Assembly (NCBI GenBank): GCA_002633005.1 | Contig: NMRA01000003.1 | Coordinates: 1,270,519-1,334,518, forward strand | Source of the DNA: Phoronis australis | Taxonomy: Eukaryota; Animalia; Phoronida | Length of the DNA: 64,000 nucleotides | Direction: 5' to 3' | Shown here: positions 48,240 through 60,974 of the stretch, piece after piece | How the letters are laid out: every line of letters starts with the position of its first letter | How positions within the stretch are numbered: the first letter of the stretch is position 1 | The notes under the pieces: generated by a model | Database searches by the model: none | The model's input: only the letters and a program-made list of their open reading frames with translations | What the model was told of the DNA's origin: nothing | Made by a program: the position numbers and the translations under genes

Positions 48240-49610
48240 TTTATCTTCTTCTTCCTTTATTTGTACACATGGCCATCGGCCCAAAGTACAACAAACAGCA
48301 AACAAGATCATTGGAGTGCTATGCACACTAGTCAGTAATACACAAGCTGTTCCGTAATAGTCTGTGAAATTTAAACAAAGAGGGACTTGTCCAGGGGCTC
48401 TCACTTATAAACTTAACTCTGATTTCGGAAAAAGCGTCGCAAACTAACAAAAAGTGATATTCGTCCTCGACACAATTCCTCGAGCATAATGTACGCACTG
48501 TGTCTAGACATATCACATTTACGTGACGACCAGTTTCTACTGCCAGCCTGTGGTTTGCACATCGAAAACGTGTAAAACTTTGCACGAACACTCTTGGAAG
48601 ATTTTCAATTTCAAAATAGTTTTCATGTTTAAATACAACCTTAAAATTGTTGTAATAGTTTAACTTAGAATTGGAATCAACATCGGACTACCATCTTTGC
48701 AAAGCACAGTCCTTAACCCGTTGTGAGAAACTATTTACAAACGACTCTTGACACGCAATTCCTTGGTTTACCTAAACATCATAGAAACCATACACTGACA
48801 ATAAATTGCGGACTGAGCTTGCCCAGTTATACATATGCCTACCATTTTCATCTAGTCTGTACAACATTTTTTAAGCGGCCCTTGGATAACGTTTCTGTGG
48901 CATATTCAAAATATTAAACCAGTATTTTATACAGCTAACAAAGTATCTCGTAAACATAGGGTATCTGCCACATTCACCCAATACTGCAGCGTTAGAGCAA
49001 GAACTGCCAAGTCCCAGGGTCCATTTGCAAAATTTTTAATGAATTTTTTCCAAACACTCGTATTCTTTAAAAACCCAAATCTCGGCACCATAACACAATA
49101 TTGGGTACACCAGTTTATCAAATAACTGAAAGACAAATGAGGGGGGCATATCGCGACATCTGCGCTGTAGTTTTAAAACACGTGATGCAGCTTTATTTGC
49201 TTGACAAGAAAGAGCTTTTGTCGCTTTCGACCATGACAATTTAGGTGTGATAAAAATACCAAGATATTTATAATGAGATACAACATCAACTTGCTGTTTG
49301 TTAAAAAAACATTTCTCATAGTGTCTTACGGGACCTCCATTTCTAAATACAATTATTTTGGTTTTCTTGAAATTCACAGCCATACCCCATGAATCACAAT
49401 AATCATTGAGACAATTCAACATACGTTGCAAGTTAGATGCTGTTAGAGAGCACAAAACCATGTCATCTGCATGACAGTGAATTGATATTTGTAGCAGATG
49501 CTATTTATGTCACTACGTGAATTGAGTTTTTCTAAAAACTCGATGAGATACGAAACAAATAGCAGCTAGAGGGCTTGTCATACAGCCTTGACGAGTACCA
49601 ATAGTGCAAT
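48240..49610 (-). mobile_element. 5'-truncated, frameshifted non-LTR retrotransposon (LINE; RTE-X or CR1/L2-group)
   Basis: RT motifs RQGC..SP, ADDMVL, VNFKKTKIIVF, YKYLG, LFDKLVYPILCYGAEIW. C-terminal HRLAVETGRH..LC..VEDEYHFLLVC. 3' AATAAA followed by a (GAA)n tail near 48245-48262. Confidence 0.9.
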
Positions 49611-52600
49611 TAAATAAGTCTGTTAAAATAGGAATTTATACAGCAATGACATGCACTAAATGACCATTCGTAGAATTTTATTTAAAAGATTGCCACTGTA
49701 TAGAAAACAATCACCCATTAATCGTTTAACATCTCTTCGCTACTCTGCCAATGTTATTGCTAGATTTTCTCAAAATTCGATCATCATAAATCCTTCACCC
49801 CCAGAATCGGACGACAGAAGCTGCCTTATTGCTCAGTTTTCTGTGCGTACTTGACTAGCATCTTTTCAAAGAAATTTATAAGATTACCTTAACTTTATTC
49901 CCCAACTTGATTTCTGGACAGCTGTCGGATACTTGAATTCGTAAAGCGATGGAACCAGCCGCAACAAACTGAAAAGAAATTCCAAGACAATTCGTGATAC
50001 ATAATTTCGTATCGTCATAAATACAACCTTTCCCCGCTCGTACCCAGATGGGGAATCTTGTTTGACATCAGAAAATAAAATAAAAAGTTTGTAGTGATTG
50101 ATCAAAATGTCTTCTATTATTTTACAAAATCGACAAGTGGTATTTTAATGAAAATACTTGGGGGACAACTCGCGGAAGTTGATTTCTTGCGTTTGGAATT
50201 CACCTTTCCAGATCTACAGAAATATCACATATTTTGTTTCAACCATAAAAATCATTAAGTTATCGACTGGTTCAAAATGCAAAGCACACCGCACATGAAT
50301 TGTGCGTTTGAGATTTGTAATCACTAATTCGGAAAAAAAATATTAATACCTGATATGTACATAGGAGTGAACTTACATATTTTCCTGCCCATAAGGGGAT
50401 CCCAATCGCACCTATCAGTTGACTATACTTCCAGCCTTCACAAGGATAGTAGACAGACCCATCACCGTTCATTTTACCGCAGATCGCTAGCTCTTCATTG
50501 TACGGTTGCCAGCTCATGTACATGTCAAATATTCCCAATAGCACCGACAGAGCTCCAAATACAACCTGGATCAGTCCCAACCGACGAACTAGTTTTTCGA
50601 GCCTGCATCTGCATGCCATGATTAGATATCTTCTTGCTGGAAACCTTTCTCATAAATTTGCTACGATGAACTTGAACCAATCCTTTGGACAATTCAAGCG
50701 CAATGCTTTAATGTCAAATGATCCAAGGGGCATTTCACAAACTAGATTTTGTTGGCGAGTAATTTGTCGACGAATCTCGACCCAAACTGCAGTCGATCAA
50801 TCTGTGCAATGGCAAATCTTCGCCGATGAATTCACGTTATGTAAGACGCTGCCTCCGTAGATAACCGATTAACAAACATCGCCTTATCTCTGTTCAACCT
50901 TGAAAAATCATTCGCACGTCACAAGTGCTGACAGTCTAATCAAATGTTGAATTATAGCCTTTTCACCAGGGTTAGGTCTAATTTGAACGTTCACGCCGGG
51001 CCAGGTGCGCATGGGCTGTAACTCTGTACTAGTCAGAGCAAGGATTTTTGTGTTACGTTCCTCCATATAGGCACGATAAGGAACGTCAGCTACGGCGAAC
51101 TTTGGATTGTCTGCAGTAACTTGAACAAGACTATTCCTGTGTACTTGGTTGCCAACTAGTCCCCTATCACATTTGGCATCGCCTCTCTGGCAATCGTGAA
51201 AGGTTCTGAAGTCAAAGGCTGCACCACTGGGAATTTGTCATTGTAGATATACCAAAATATAAAGAACATGCTGGGGGTGATGCGACATTTCCTTTTACTT
51301 TCAAAAACGTCCCCTCGTATCAGCTGTAATGGGTCGGCATCCACCCTTTTCCCAATTGCACTGCAGGTTACAAAATAGGTTGGGAGCAGATCGGAATCAA
51401 GATATTTTTGGTCTAGTAACCTTGTGAAATCATTTGTTATCAATTTTGAAATAATGTTCCCAACTCAGACATGCTATTTTCAGGGTTAGTGGGAAATCTC
51501 CCACGAATCACACGAGTGTTTGCATTAAAAACGTAGTTTTCTCATGAATACGATTTTTCTTGACCTTTGCTTCCCTCCGTACGCATCACAAGTACATTTC
51601 TTTTCTCGTATAGCAAAACGGTATTGAGTACATGCATGCAAGTTTTGATGGATTGTATACTGAACACGTACTTACCCAGGAGTGAAATATATTCGTCATT
51701 GTCAGAATGCATAAATAGGAAATTTACCTCGTGAACGAGACTTGTATTGACGAGAAAAAAAAACAAATTGCAGTGGCTCAATAAATTAGAAAGACCTACA
51801 GGCCTAAAAATTCATACCGTTGATTTTTGAGATGTTACAATAACTAGTTAAAGAGGTATCACGTTAAAACCTCAAACATGCAATGTGAACACGAATGCTA
51901 ATTAGACTGACAGTGGCTTGAGCTAGTTCAACCAACTAAATTGTTCGTTTTATAATCAAATCTATGTAGCAATCGTCATCGGTCAGGGACGACATGCGGT
52001 CGCCCGTGGGACATGAAAAACCGTAACAGAGATTGTTCGTGAAAGGCCACAGGTTAACGTATTTGGATTTCATGATAATAAGCCGAAATGAGTCAATGAT
52101 TTTCTCCAGTAAACTCTATAATGTTGCGGGTATCTAATAGGCCATACGGACAATACGCGCCGGTGCTTGATTTGATTATCAGTTCCAGGGATCCCAGAAA
52201 AACGGACCATTGATCGACATCTCAAAATTGGTTGAACGGATTCACTTGAGACACTATGCTTGATACACTGTTCTCTAAAACTCTTTGGGAATTGTTTTTA
52301 AAATGTTCCATTTTTACACGCGGAACTATGAAAATAGTACCTACATGATGTTTGAGAAAAAAGCTTTACAGTCACTGCTGTAGTGGTAAAATAAGAGGAA
52401 AGTAGGCGACCAAAGCCCACCGTACCACCTTGAGCACTGAACGTAACTTGCGATGCGTAGACGTTACGTTCAAATGCCAAAAGGTGGTTGGCTGCGCCTA
52501 CGTGCACCTCCGCCCCACTACAGCACTGTTTATAGTGGCACAAAACAAATTCGAAACGATTATTTAGAGAACTTTAATAGTGTTTTGAGATTTTATTTTG

Positions 52601-53529
52601 AACACTTGTATCATGCGAAATTCCTTGATCTCATTATTGATCCTGTTGTTTTGCTATAAATGTTTCCTTTTTTGCTAAACTTAAAGTTAAAAAGCATGGT
52701 CGCGTGAGCTTATTAATGGCAGATTGGCAACCTAATTCTAGGTAATTTCTGCTTTCAGAAAATATATTTTTGCTGAGTTAAATTCTATAGTTTTGTAGAA
52801 ATTTGATTAAATGTACAAACCTGTCAATAAGGTTTTGCATAACCTTAAAATAGAAACTTTGAGTTTGCACATGGATTTAAAAAGCGCATTCCGAAATACC
52901 ACAGTGAAAACACGATTAGCACTAATTTGAAATCTTCTACACACACATGTTATAACACCTGCTATCAGCAAGTTACCGGGAGATGGCGATGAAGACGAGT
53001 ATGCCAGTACTCGAGCAATAAACTTCCCTTAATTAATTACAAGAACGATCAGACCTTTGATTTTCGTTCAGACTCGTATCTCAATCAGTACAACATAATT
53101 ATGTGATCACTAAGTGATACGGTCGAGGTCAGTGACTTTAGCCGAATTGTAAACGCTGGATTTCGCCCCTGCCTTGTTTAGCGTGCGTGCACCCAGCCTA
53201 AAAATGTGTGGGACGGGAATCGAATTTTACTAAAAAAAACTATGAATTGTGCATCCGCCAAATTCGCCGTAGTTCCTGCCTTTATAGTGGACTTTTGTCT
53301 CGTTTTCTTCATTTTCGGACTTTTTGTTTCTCTGAGGACNCCCCCCTCGGTGCGCGCATTTTTAGCTCTCAAACCAAAGTGCATTGGGGTTTAAAAACAT
53401 TAATACGCTCATTCAATTTTGAACTGTTCTGAATGAGCCGGCAACTCGAGACAGGTAATGCGTACACGGTGTCGCGTATTGGCAGATCCCAGAAATCTCT
53501 GAAGCATTATGGCATTCTCTTGAGTAGCC

Positions 53530-53665
53530 GATGTTTCTACGTTGTTGTTGGTAACGGAAATAGGATTCTATAACAGCGAGATGTGTAATGAGACTGCCTT
53601 TATGAGAAAAAAGGCCCAATTGGATTTCGTTTTTAGCCTATAAAGCTTACAGGACGAAATGCAAC
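53530..53665 (+). repeat. Interspersed repeat; homolog at about 58190-58355
   Basis: Shared GGTAACGGAAATA..GGAT(T/C)CTAT and TTTATG.GAA.AAA.GCCC..GATTT(T)CGTTTT..GAAATGC blocks. Confidence 0.6.
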
Positions 53666-54399
53666 TTTTACCGATTGCGGTAGAGCGTTACAATTTGGAC
53701 CTAAGAATATATTACATCATTCGAGTAGCTGCCATATCTGGAATCATCATTTGCACTGATATAGAGGATTGTACACGAGTCTCAAGTTTAGACATGGGCA
53801 AAATCTCTAGAGAATTTCGTCAAAATCCCGAGGCTTTGAGACGAGTGTAGGATTCGTCATTCTCACAAGAATCCCAAAAACGATCTTTTTGCGGAAAACT
53901 CAACGTGCCTAAAACTTTCAATCACATGACGCAACTTCTGAAAAAACACGCTTGCGCAATGTACAATAAACGCAGTTACTTTTTAATGTGCCTGGATGAC
54001 TGTGTAACCTGTCTTGCGGTATCAGTCGAGATAGGCGCTAAAAGAGAAGTGTCTCATTAAACTCTGTGTTAGAGAGTACTCAACGCACTTTCAGCTTAAG
54101 CACACTTAAATCAAACTTTGCAGCTGCACTTTCATTTCATTGTGTCTGTCCTCGTGCAGTTTACATTCAATATGTGTGCACATCAGAAACGTGATGGTTG
54201 CAAAACATACACGGAGGTGCAGCGTATTTCATGATAAAAAACCCTAAAGATGTTAAAAAGCGCTCAGTCCGTCAGTTGTAGAATCTAGCATGTGTGTTCT
54301 CGTCTTCACAAGCACTACAACACATCAAATTTCGCCATCGTGAAGCGAAACTTTGCGCCTGCAAAGCCGGAGGAAGTAGCACAGTCCTTGACCACGTGA

Positions 54400-55960
54400 C
54401 GACTTCGTCTGAATCACGATTTCAAACACTTGAAAAGTCCTTCGCGTTTTACAATATTTGGTTTATCGTTGAATCACCGATAACTTCTGTGGGTGTCCTC
54501 TGAAACAGAAGAAATGGCATCAAGAGGCACATGCACACACGTCTTGACGTCTTCTGAACGAATACCCTCAATGATGTATGGCTTGTTAAGCAATCTTGAT
54601 TTAGTACTTTTCCCTTCGTATTCAGGGTCCATTGAATTATCCCTAGCAGCAAGACAAAAATCATGCTGAGGCAACGTTGCAAAAGGAGACGATCTGTCGA
54701 ACTCGAGGCGAGCATCCTCAACTTCCCCTGGTTCGTTCTTAGTTTGAAGATTTGTGACAATCCTTACTGATTACGGAGATTTCAACAATCTTTGGAAAAT
54801 ACAAGGTCGCAAACGAAATGTGATTGTGAGGCCAGGTGGTGACACAAGATTTAATGTCGTCCAGTCAGATATCTTCACGGTTGTTGGGCAGACCCGCTTA
54901 GAAAATTTTCCTTGTCCTTCTCACAATTCACAGCTATAAATGTGTTCTCTAAAAAGTTTGCAGTAGGAGAAGAAATGGCATATTTGGAAAACTTGGCGAA
55001 ACTGTGAAAACTTGCATCTTCTGGGCTTATACCTTCGATGCTGTCTGATTTGCTGCACAGAGTCTCAGAAGCGGAGCGTTGTGTGTCTTGTGTGAAAGTT
55101 TCCTCAATCGCAGATGAAACTGTCGGCTCAATCGAGCCACTGAAATCAGACAGTGTGACGTCTTCTAAGTGGCCACTTCCAACGGATTTACTTTCAGATT
55201 TCAGGACTTTCTCCTTACTATCAGCATCGTCAGCGAACACCTGAAGATTAGAGGACTTCCTGTCGAAGATCTTCATCTCCGCCTGGTTTGTTTATGTCTT
55301 CCAGTTTATCGACTTTTCTCCTTCCAGTATCAATCATACATGCAGAGCTTCGGCGGATGGTTTCTGAAGCATCTATTTCAAGAGAAGAAATTGCACCGTA
55401 AGGCAACGCATGGATGTCACACGGTTTGTCATCCGCAGGAATATTCTCAATAATATTTCATATTTCAATACAACTTTCTTCCTCGGGTGTAATAATAGGA
55501 ATTTGACTTGCCAGTAACTCTTGCAGATCCGTCTTTTCATGGATATTCTTCTTCCCCATTCCATTTTGTCTGTGAAAATGTGGCAAACTTCCTCCGAAAC
55601 TGTAGACTCAGTCGACTTGGTGGCGTCTTCTAAGAAGTGACCTTCAACTTTTTCCATACCATCAGCAGCATCAGCGAACCCAGTAATAACTGGCGGTTGG
55701 ATAACTTCCTGTCGACCATCGTCAATATCGCCTAGTTAATTTGTTTCTGTCATCCAATTTCATTACTTCTTTCCTTCTATCGAGAAAGAGGTAACGCCAG
55801 AACATTCTCTTGCTGGATCACATTACATCCGAATTTGTGTCCCGTTCTTTGCGAACAACCGTCATAGCATCCTCATTCCTGTTATTACAAGTTCCGTCTG
55901 ATATTTTCCTTCCCCCTTATCGATAACTCTACTTGCAAAATATCAAAGATCCACCATTCT
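54400..55960 (-). pseudogene. Decayed Ser/Glu/Asp-rich coding sequence with an internal duplication, function unknown
   Basis: Successive ORF pieces (55657-55373, 55276-54875, 54674-54474) joined by stops and frameshifts. 55140-55330 resembles 55600-55780. Confidence 0.4.
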
Positions 55961-56004
55961 AGAAATTCGAACCATTCCTCGCTCAATGCTGGCTATGGGC
56001 CTGA

Positions 56005-56704
56005 ACTACTAACATCTCTGCAGGGCTGCTTACAGGCTCTGGACTGAAGACAACATCAGCACAGGGCGAACCACTGCTAGTTTTCGGAGTGCACGTTCTG
56101 GCGTGATCGAAGGCACGGGTGACAGTAGCTGAAGGGTCTCAAAGCTCGCGAGGCTTCTCGCAATGCACTTCCTGAGGGTGGCGGCGGGGCCGACTGCCGA
56201 GAATTAACAACGACGGTATGGCACCCTTCTTCAGGCGTTGTTTTGCAACACATCCGGGTACTTATCTTTTTCGTAATCTGACGACAGAGAATGCTTGCCA
56301 CTGCTTTGTACGTTACACGAAGGGGTAATACTGCGTTCTTCACACGAACGAGCCAAGTAGGCCTACGGCAGAGTGTGTCATCCGTCGGAAAACGATGTAA
56401 CGGCATAGTACCCAAAGTGCGCGAGACGATAACGAATACATCCCCGTACCCAGCAGCCGCGCGGAATGTTGACTGACTCGTAACGCAAACGACGGCCCAA
56501 CTTATCACAAACGAAGTAAAACAATGACTGACTCAACAAATCACACAGACTAGTGAAAATAAAATGGTGGGAAATTTTAAACTCCCAAAACGTCACTTCC
56601 GGAATAGGGCATGCCTAATTAATTAAATAACGAGAAGCTGAAAAATGTGTCTGGAATAATCAACGAACCGTATTTTTAACGACATGAAAAGGTTGCTTTC
56701 TCCT
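56005..56704 (-). mobile_element. Second, more decayed and left-truncated copy of the 11941-13410 Kolobok-type THAP element
   Basis: Colinear with about 12640-13410 (TLGTMPLHRFPTDDTL..WLVRVKNAVLP). Ends GGTTGCTTTCTCCT|TTAA. Confidence 0.85.
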
Positions 56705-59700
56705 TTAAAACTTAACACAAATGTTTATAAAAAACACAATCAGCAGGGCTTCTGCACGCCGGCTTGCCGAGCACTGAACTGATCTTGAGACAGTAGCTAG
56801 CCAGTCTTACCGGCAGCATGGTTTCTTGAGTTGGGGTTTGTCTCTGTTTGAATGAACGTGAATATGGTTCGCCGCCAAGATGGGTCCGTTATTAAGAAAT
56901 TGTTTGCATGTACTTCCGACGGACAAGTATGTACATGATTCTGCTGCTTTGGATGTCATATTGCAGCGTGCCGGATTGTTCGAAGTGGAGATCAAAATAC
57001 TGGAAATATTATTGCAGTGCGTAGAGTAATTGTTCACTGGTTGAATCAGTGTTCTTATGTCCGGTACTCTGTATAATTTCATTTGCTATTTGCCAACTTT
57101 TGAACAAGACCATAACCTCGTCACAATCACGAAATTCCGGTTGTTGGTACTAAGAGTAGTGTTTTGCAGACGATAAAAATGTAAGGCGTATGGATTTCTA
57201 CATTGCACTACTTTTGCCCTGATATGTTATGAATTGTGCTGCATATTTGGTTCAATTGTCATTTGTAAGGCGTTCTTCAACTATTGAATATCATTAAAGT
57301 GACACTAACACCAGTACAGAATTGGGAGACGAGAGTGATACCTTACGAGTTAAAAAAACAACTACCGGAATTCTTAAGGATTTAGCCAGAAAAATACCGT
57401 AATCTTTACAGCTTTGCCTGGGTTACTTTCTCTTGAAATGATAACGGTTATCTTCTCTAGAGGAAATTCGGAAACGTAGTTCTGACGTATTTCACGGTGT
57501 GGCAACACAATTATTTCACAGCCGTATCATCATTTATGTTTGATAATCTATATTTATTAGCCAGTTAGTCATGTCAGTGAGAAATGCAGTGTTACCGACG
57601 CGGCAACGTGAACAAAGCATCGGAATTTCCCTTGCGGACAATTTCGTGACAAAATGAAGGCTTTTGGAGGGGATCTTAAAATGGGTCTCTGAAGAAATGG
57701 TGTGAATTAGCACCTTGTCCAGAAATGAAAGTCATCGATAATCTTCAGTTTATAACCTGCGGGCGCCAGTCTACCCGGCAGAACAGCAGCTGCCCGCCGC
57801 GATCGACCTGCAACAGCGGAGCCGTTGGTGCATCGTGGAGGCCCGAATTGTCACAACTTCAAAATTGTGACTAATTAGGCCTGCACGGTACATCCTCATA
57901 TTCTGTGCGAAATACGTGTTGAAAAAATATCATAGAGGGTACGAAGGTAGAAGGGTGCAAATGCAGTTGTGACCTAAGTTTTAGCCCTAGCGGTCTTAAA
58001 GCGCGCGGAAAGTTAGGTTGTAGCAGCCGGTGCTTACCAGCCAATGTTGTCTCTGTAACTAAAGCGCTTTGAGGCCTTTAAAAGCATTACCACGCCCATA
58101 AAACTTCGACGGTTGCCATTTTTGAATCCATAATTTTAGGGTTGGTCAACCGCAATTAGCCTAACTGCGAATTTTCTCTTCACTGATGGTTTCGATGTTC
58201 TTGTAGGTAACGGAAATATAGGATCCTATCACGCGGTAAGGAATTAAGAGAACATAAAGTAAAGAATATCGAGTCAGGCCGGTTTATGGGAATAAAAGCC
58301 CTCATTCACGATTTTCGTTTTCGGCTAGCCAGCCTTAACTAAGCAGAGTGAAATGCGCAGCGAATTTGAACCCATGCTTCGAGTTCTGTCAAAAAGAAAC
58401 ATTTTTTATTTAGGCAATTAACTCTTATCATGTTCCTTACTGCAGTTTGAAAGTGATCTCTGGGGTCGGGAAGAACTAACAATTCTAATACTAACCTTTA
58501 AATTAAGCGTGCACATGAAAATTCAGGCCCGACGACTTAGAAGTCAGTAACAGAATGCCAGTTCTGTCGACCTGAAGCCTTGAAATCACTCCAATTAAAC
58601 GGGAACAGTTTGAGACCAATTTCATAAAGGTAGGTGGTGTAAATCAAAATTTGCTTTCGTGACGTAAAGCAGGTTTATAGCTTCTTCGAGGGAAACTTGT
58701 GATTCATATTGTGTGCCTCATCAGTTCAGTGCTTTTGATCCCAATAGATGCTAGAGATCATCAGATGCTTACTCTCGGATCAGTGATTTTACTTTCTACT
58801 CAGAGCAAGTGAACTGAAGTGGAAAATCTAAGTCAAGGAATACGTAAATTGAAGTCATTGTTAATAAACTGTATGGTTCTGTTCATTCCTAGTATTTTGT
58901 AACTAGTTATTTATCAAGATGAAAACATTCAAACCATTACACACAAGCTGTTGAATTTAGTGCTGCTTGGTTTTTGCTAAGATGTCCAAATTAATGCACC
59001 GACTTTGGATATAGGAGCAGCTTCACAAACAGGTGCCTGAGCCTAGGTACGCCCACATGACAGACTGAGTAATCCTACTGTACTTGAAAGAGATATTTAC
59101 AATGTCCATCAACTAACACTTCTGGCTCTGCAGTGATCTTTGTCTCAACAGCAACAAACTGGATTTTTTCTTGTAAAAGATTTGTTTCATTCCCCGATTT
59201 ATATCAATTCAAACACTGAACACACCGCAACTTGAGGTGACTGAAAAATAGCTTTATCCCATCACTTGCTGATAAGTGATGATTAAGTGTTGGGGTTTAT
59301 GAGATTCACTATGACATATCAAGCCTAGGGGTATGTCAAAGATATAGCCAAGTTGTTCATAAGTATGCCCTCTATTGACAAAATCAGGAACCAAGTTTCC
59401 AACAAAATGTTGATAATCCCGCTTACAGCTGCAGTAAAAGTTGCACTACTGGAGGAGTAGACCACAATAAGTTGAATGAAAGTACATTTATTCTAAATGT
59501 AACACAATGAGTTTTACACAATTGTCAGTTCAGGTGTGCGTCTGGCAGATGTAAGACTCAAGAGCCTAACAAAAATGCAAGATCACGCGAAATCGCGCAA
59601 ATGAAAGTGAATGTTTCGTGAGTATTACTGGCAACTTACTTTAAGTATACCCTACGAAAATGGTGGACACTGAAGTGATTGGCGGATGAAGTTAGATGTT

Positions 59701-60219
59701 AAATTATAAAAGATAGAAGTCGCTGTTTCTCTTAGATTTAGGTCACAAGTGTTTTGTAAGTGGCTTGGGTTTACCGAACACAGTCCTCAGTGATTTAAGT
59801 CACAGGACATGTTACACAATATATATAATAGAATCTCAACATACTAAGACACATTATGAAGTGATTTTTTCACAAAAGATAAGTTACATCAAAATATGGC
59901 TTTATCAGTTCAATAAGACAGCTGCAATGAGAAAATGTTTTGGGAACTAACCAAGAATTTACAACAATGTTAGTCAATGTTGAACAATCAAATTTGGCAA
60001 TTATTTTTGTCTATAATTCTTGAGATTTTACAGTAAATATTGACGTACTGAATAATGAAACCATAATCTTAATTGGGCTGTCCTGCATTACACAACTACA
60101 CTCGAATGTCAGTCTCTATTTACCCACAATGCCCTAAACATCCATCAGGCACAATTGCTGCCTCCTTTTCATGCCACTAGCGTTTCACATATTATTTGGA
60201 TTGTCTGATTCTATATAAG

Positions 60220-60480
60220 TTTTTCTCCATTGCATTACTCTGTTGGTCCTTCCAATGACAAAAAAGTATTACTGCTGTGCTGTGGGCTGCAACTCCGACC
60301 TGAGAGAGTTTGATAAACTGGACAAATACCCGTGGGTGCATGATCTGAAAGTATTCACCGTCCCGACATCAATGAGAGACATGAACATGTGCCTGATCTC
60401 CAAAATGAGGTCAGGTGCTTTGAATTCTTTCTCCAGGAGAAAGGAGAATTCTGCTGCCGTATAATTCGGGAACGCCCTTT
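60220..60480 (+). mobile_element. Decayed THAP-coding fragment, homolog of 25830-26085
   Basis: MTKKYYCCAVGCNSD..; nucleotide-colinear with the 25.9 kb copy. Confidence 0.65.
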
Positions 60481-60925
60481 TAAGGTTTCACTTGAATCGA
60501 GTTATCTGTTATTTCATGAATAGAACTACTATCACCAGTCTTATTACTAAGCTGTCCACTGTCTGTACCACTGCAGAAGACTTCAGGATTTGATGTCAAT
60601 TTTTCCATGATACGAATTAGCTGGAAGACAGACAACAAACTTGACATTTCAAAAAAGCACAAACTGTACTAGTAATAAAAACACCACATAAAGTAACCCC
60701 ACTTCACAGGACTTAGCTCACCAAATTCCAACAACAGTAGAAAGGCAAACTTTGGAGAGCCACCATTTGGACACCATAAAAATGTGGTCCTACCACATTG
60801 GTCTAAGATTGAACTTTTGTATTAGAATAAATTTTTAATGTCCAAAACTGATGAAGTTTTCCCATAGTTGCCAAAATTGCAAAATTGATATGGAGCATGT
60901 AATGACACACACACACACATATATA

Positions 60926-60974
<49 letters not shown>

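Larger units (their letters stand above)
44408..50619 (-). pseudogene. MS4A/CD20-like four-transmembrane protein gene, probably disrupted
   Basis: Phase-0 exons: 50619-50377 (LGLIQVVFGALSVLLG..GIPLWAG|gtaagt); 48176-48066 (VL*TSFGIAS.., in-frame TAA, weak donor); 46672-46586 (LAIFSRLAAAGAVLISPALVTFLITEIVL|gtaagt); 45878-45699 (..LAAAIGVILWLLCMVSAFVVCLQNKCSC..); candidate last exon 44875-44408 (basic/acidic tail). Confidence 0.6.

Noticed and set aside
56807-57082. 91-aa minus ORF ending at a GTAAGA donor-like site
   Set aside because: No recognisable domain and no partner exons could be linked with confidence.
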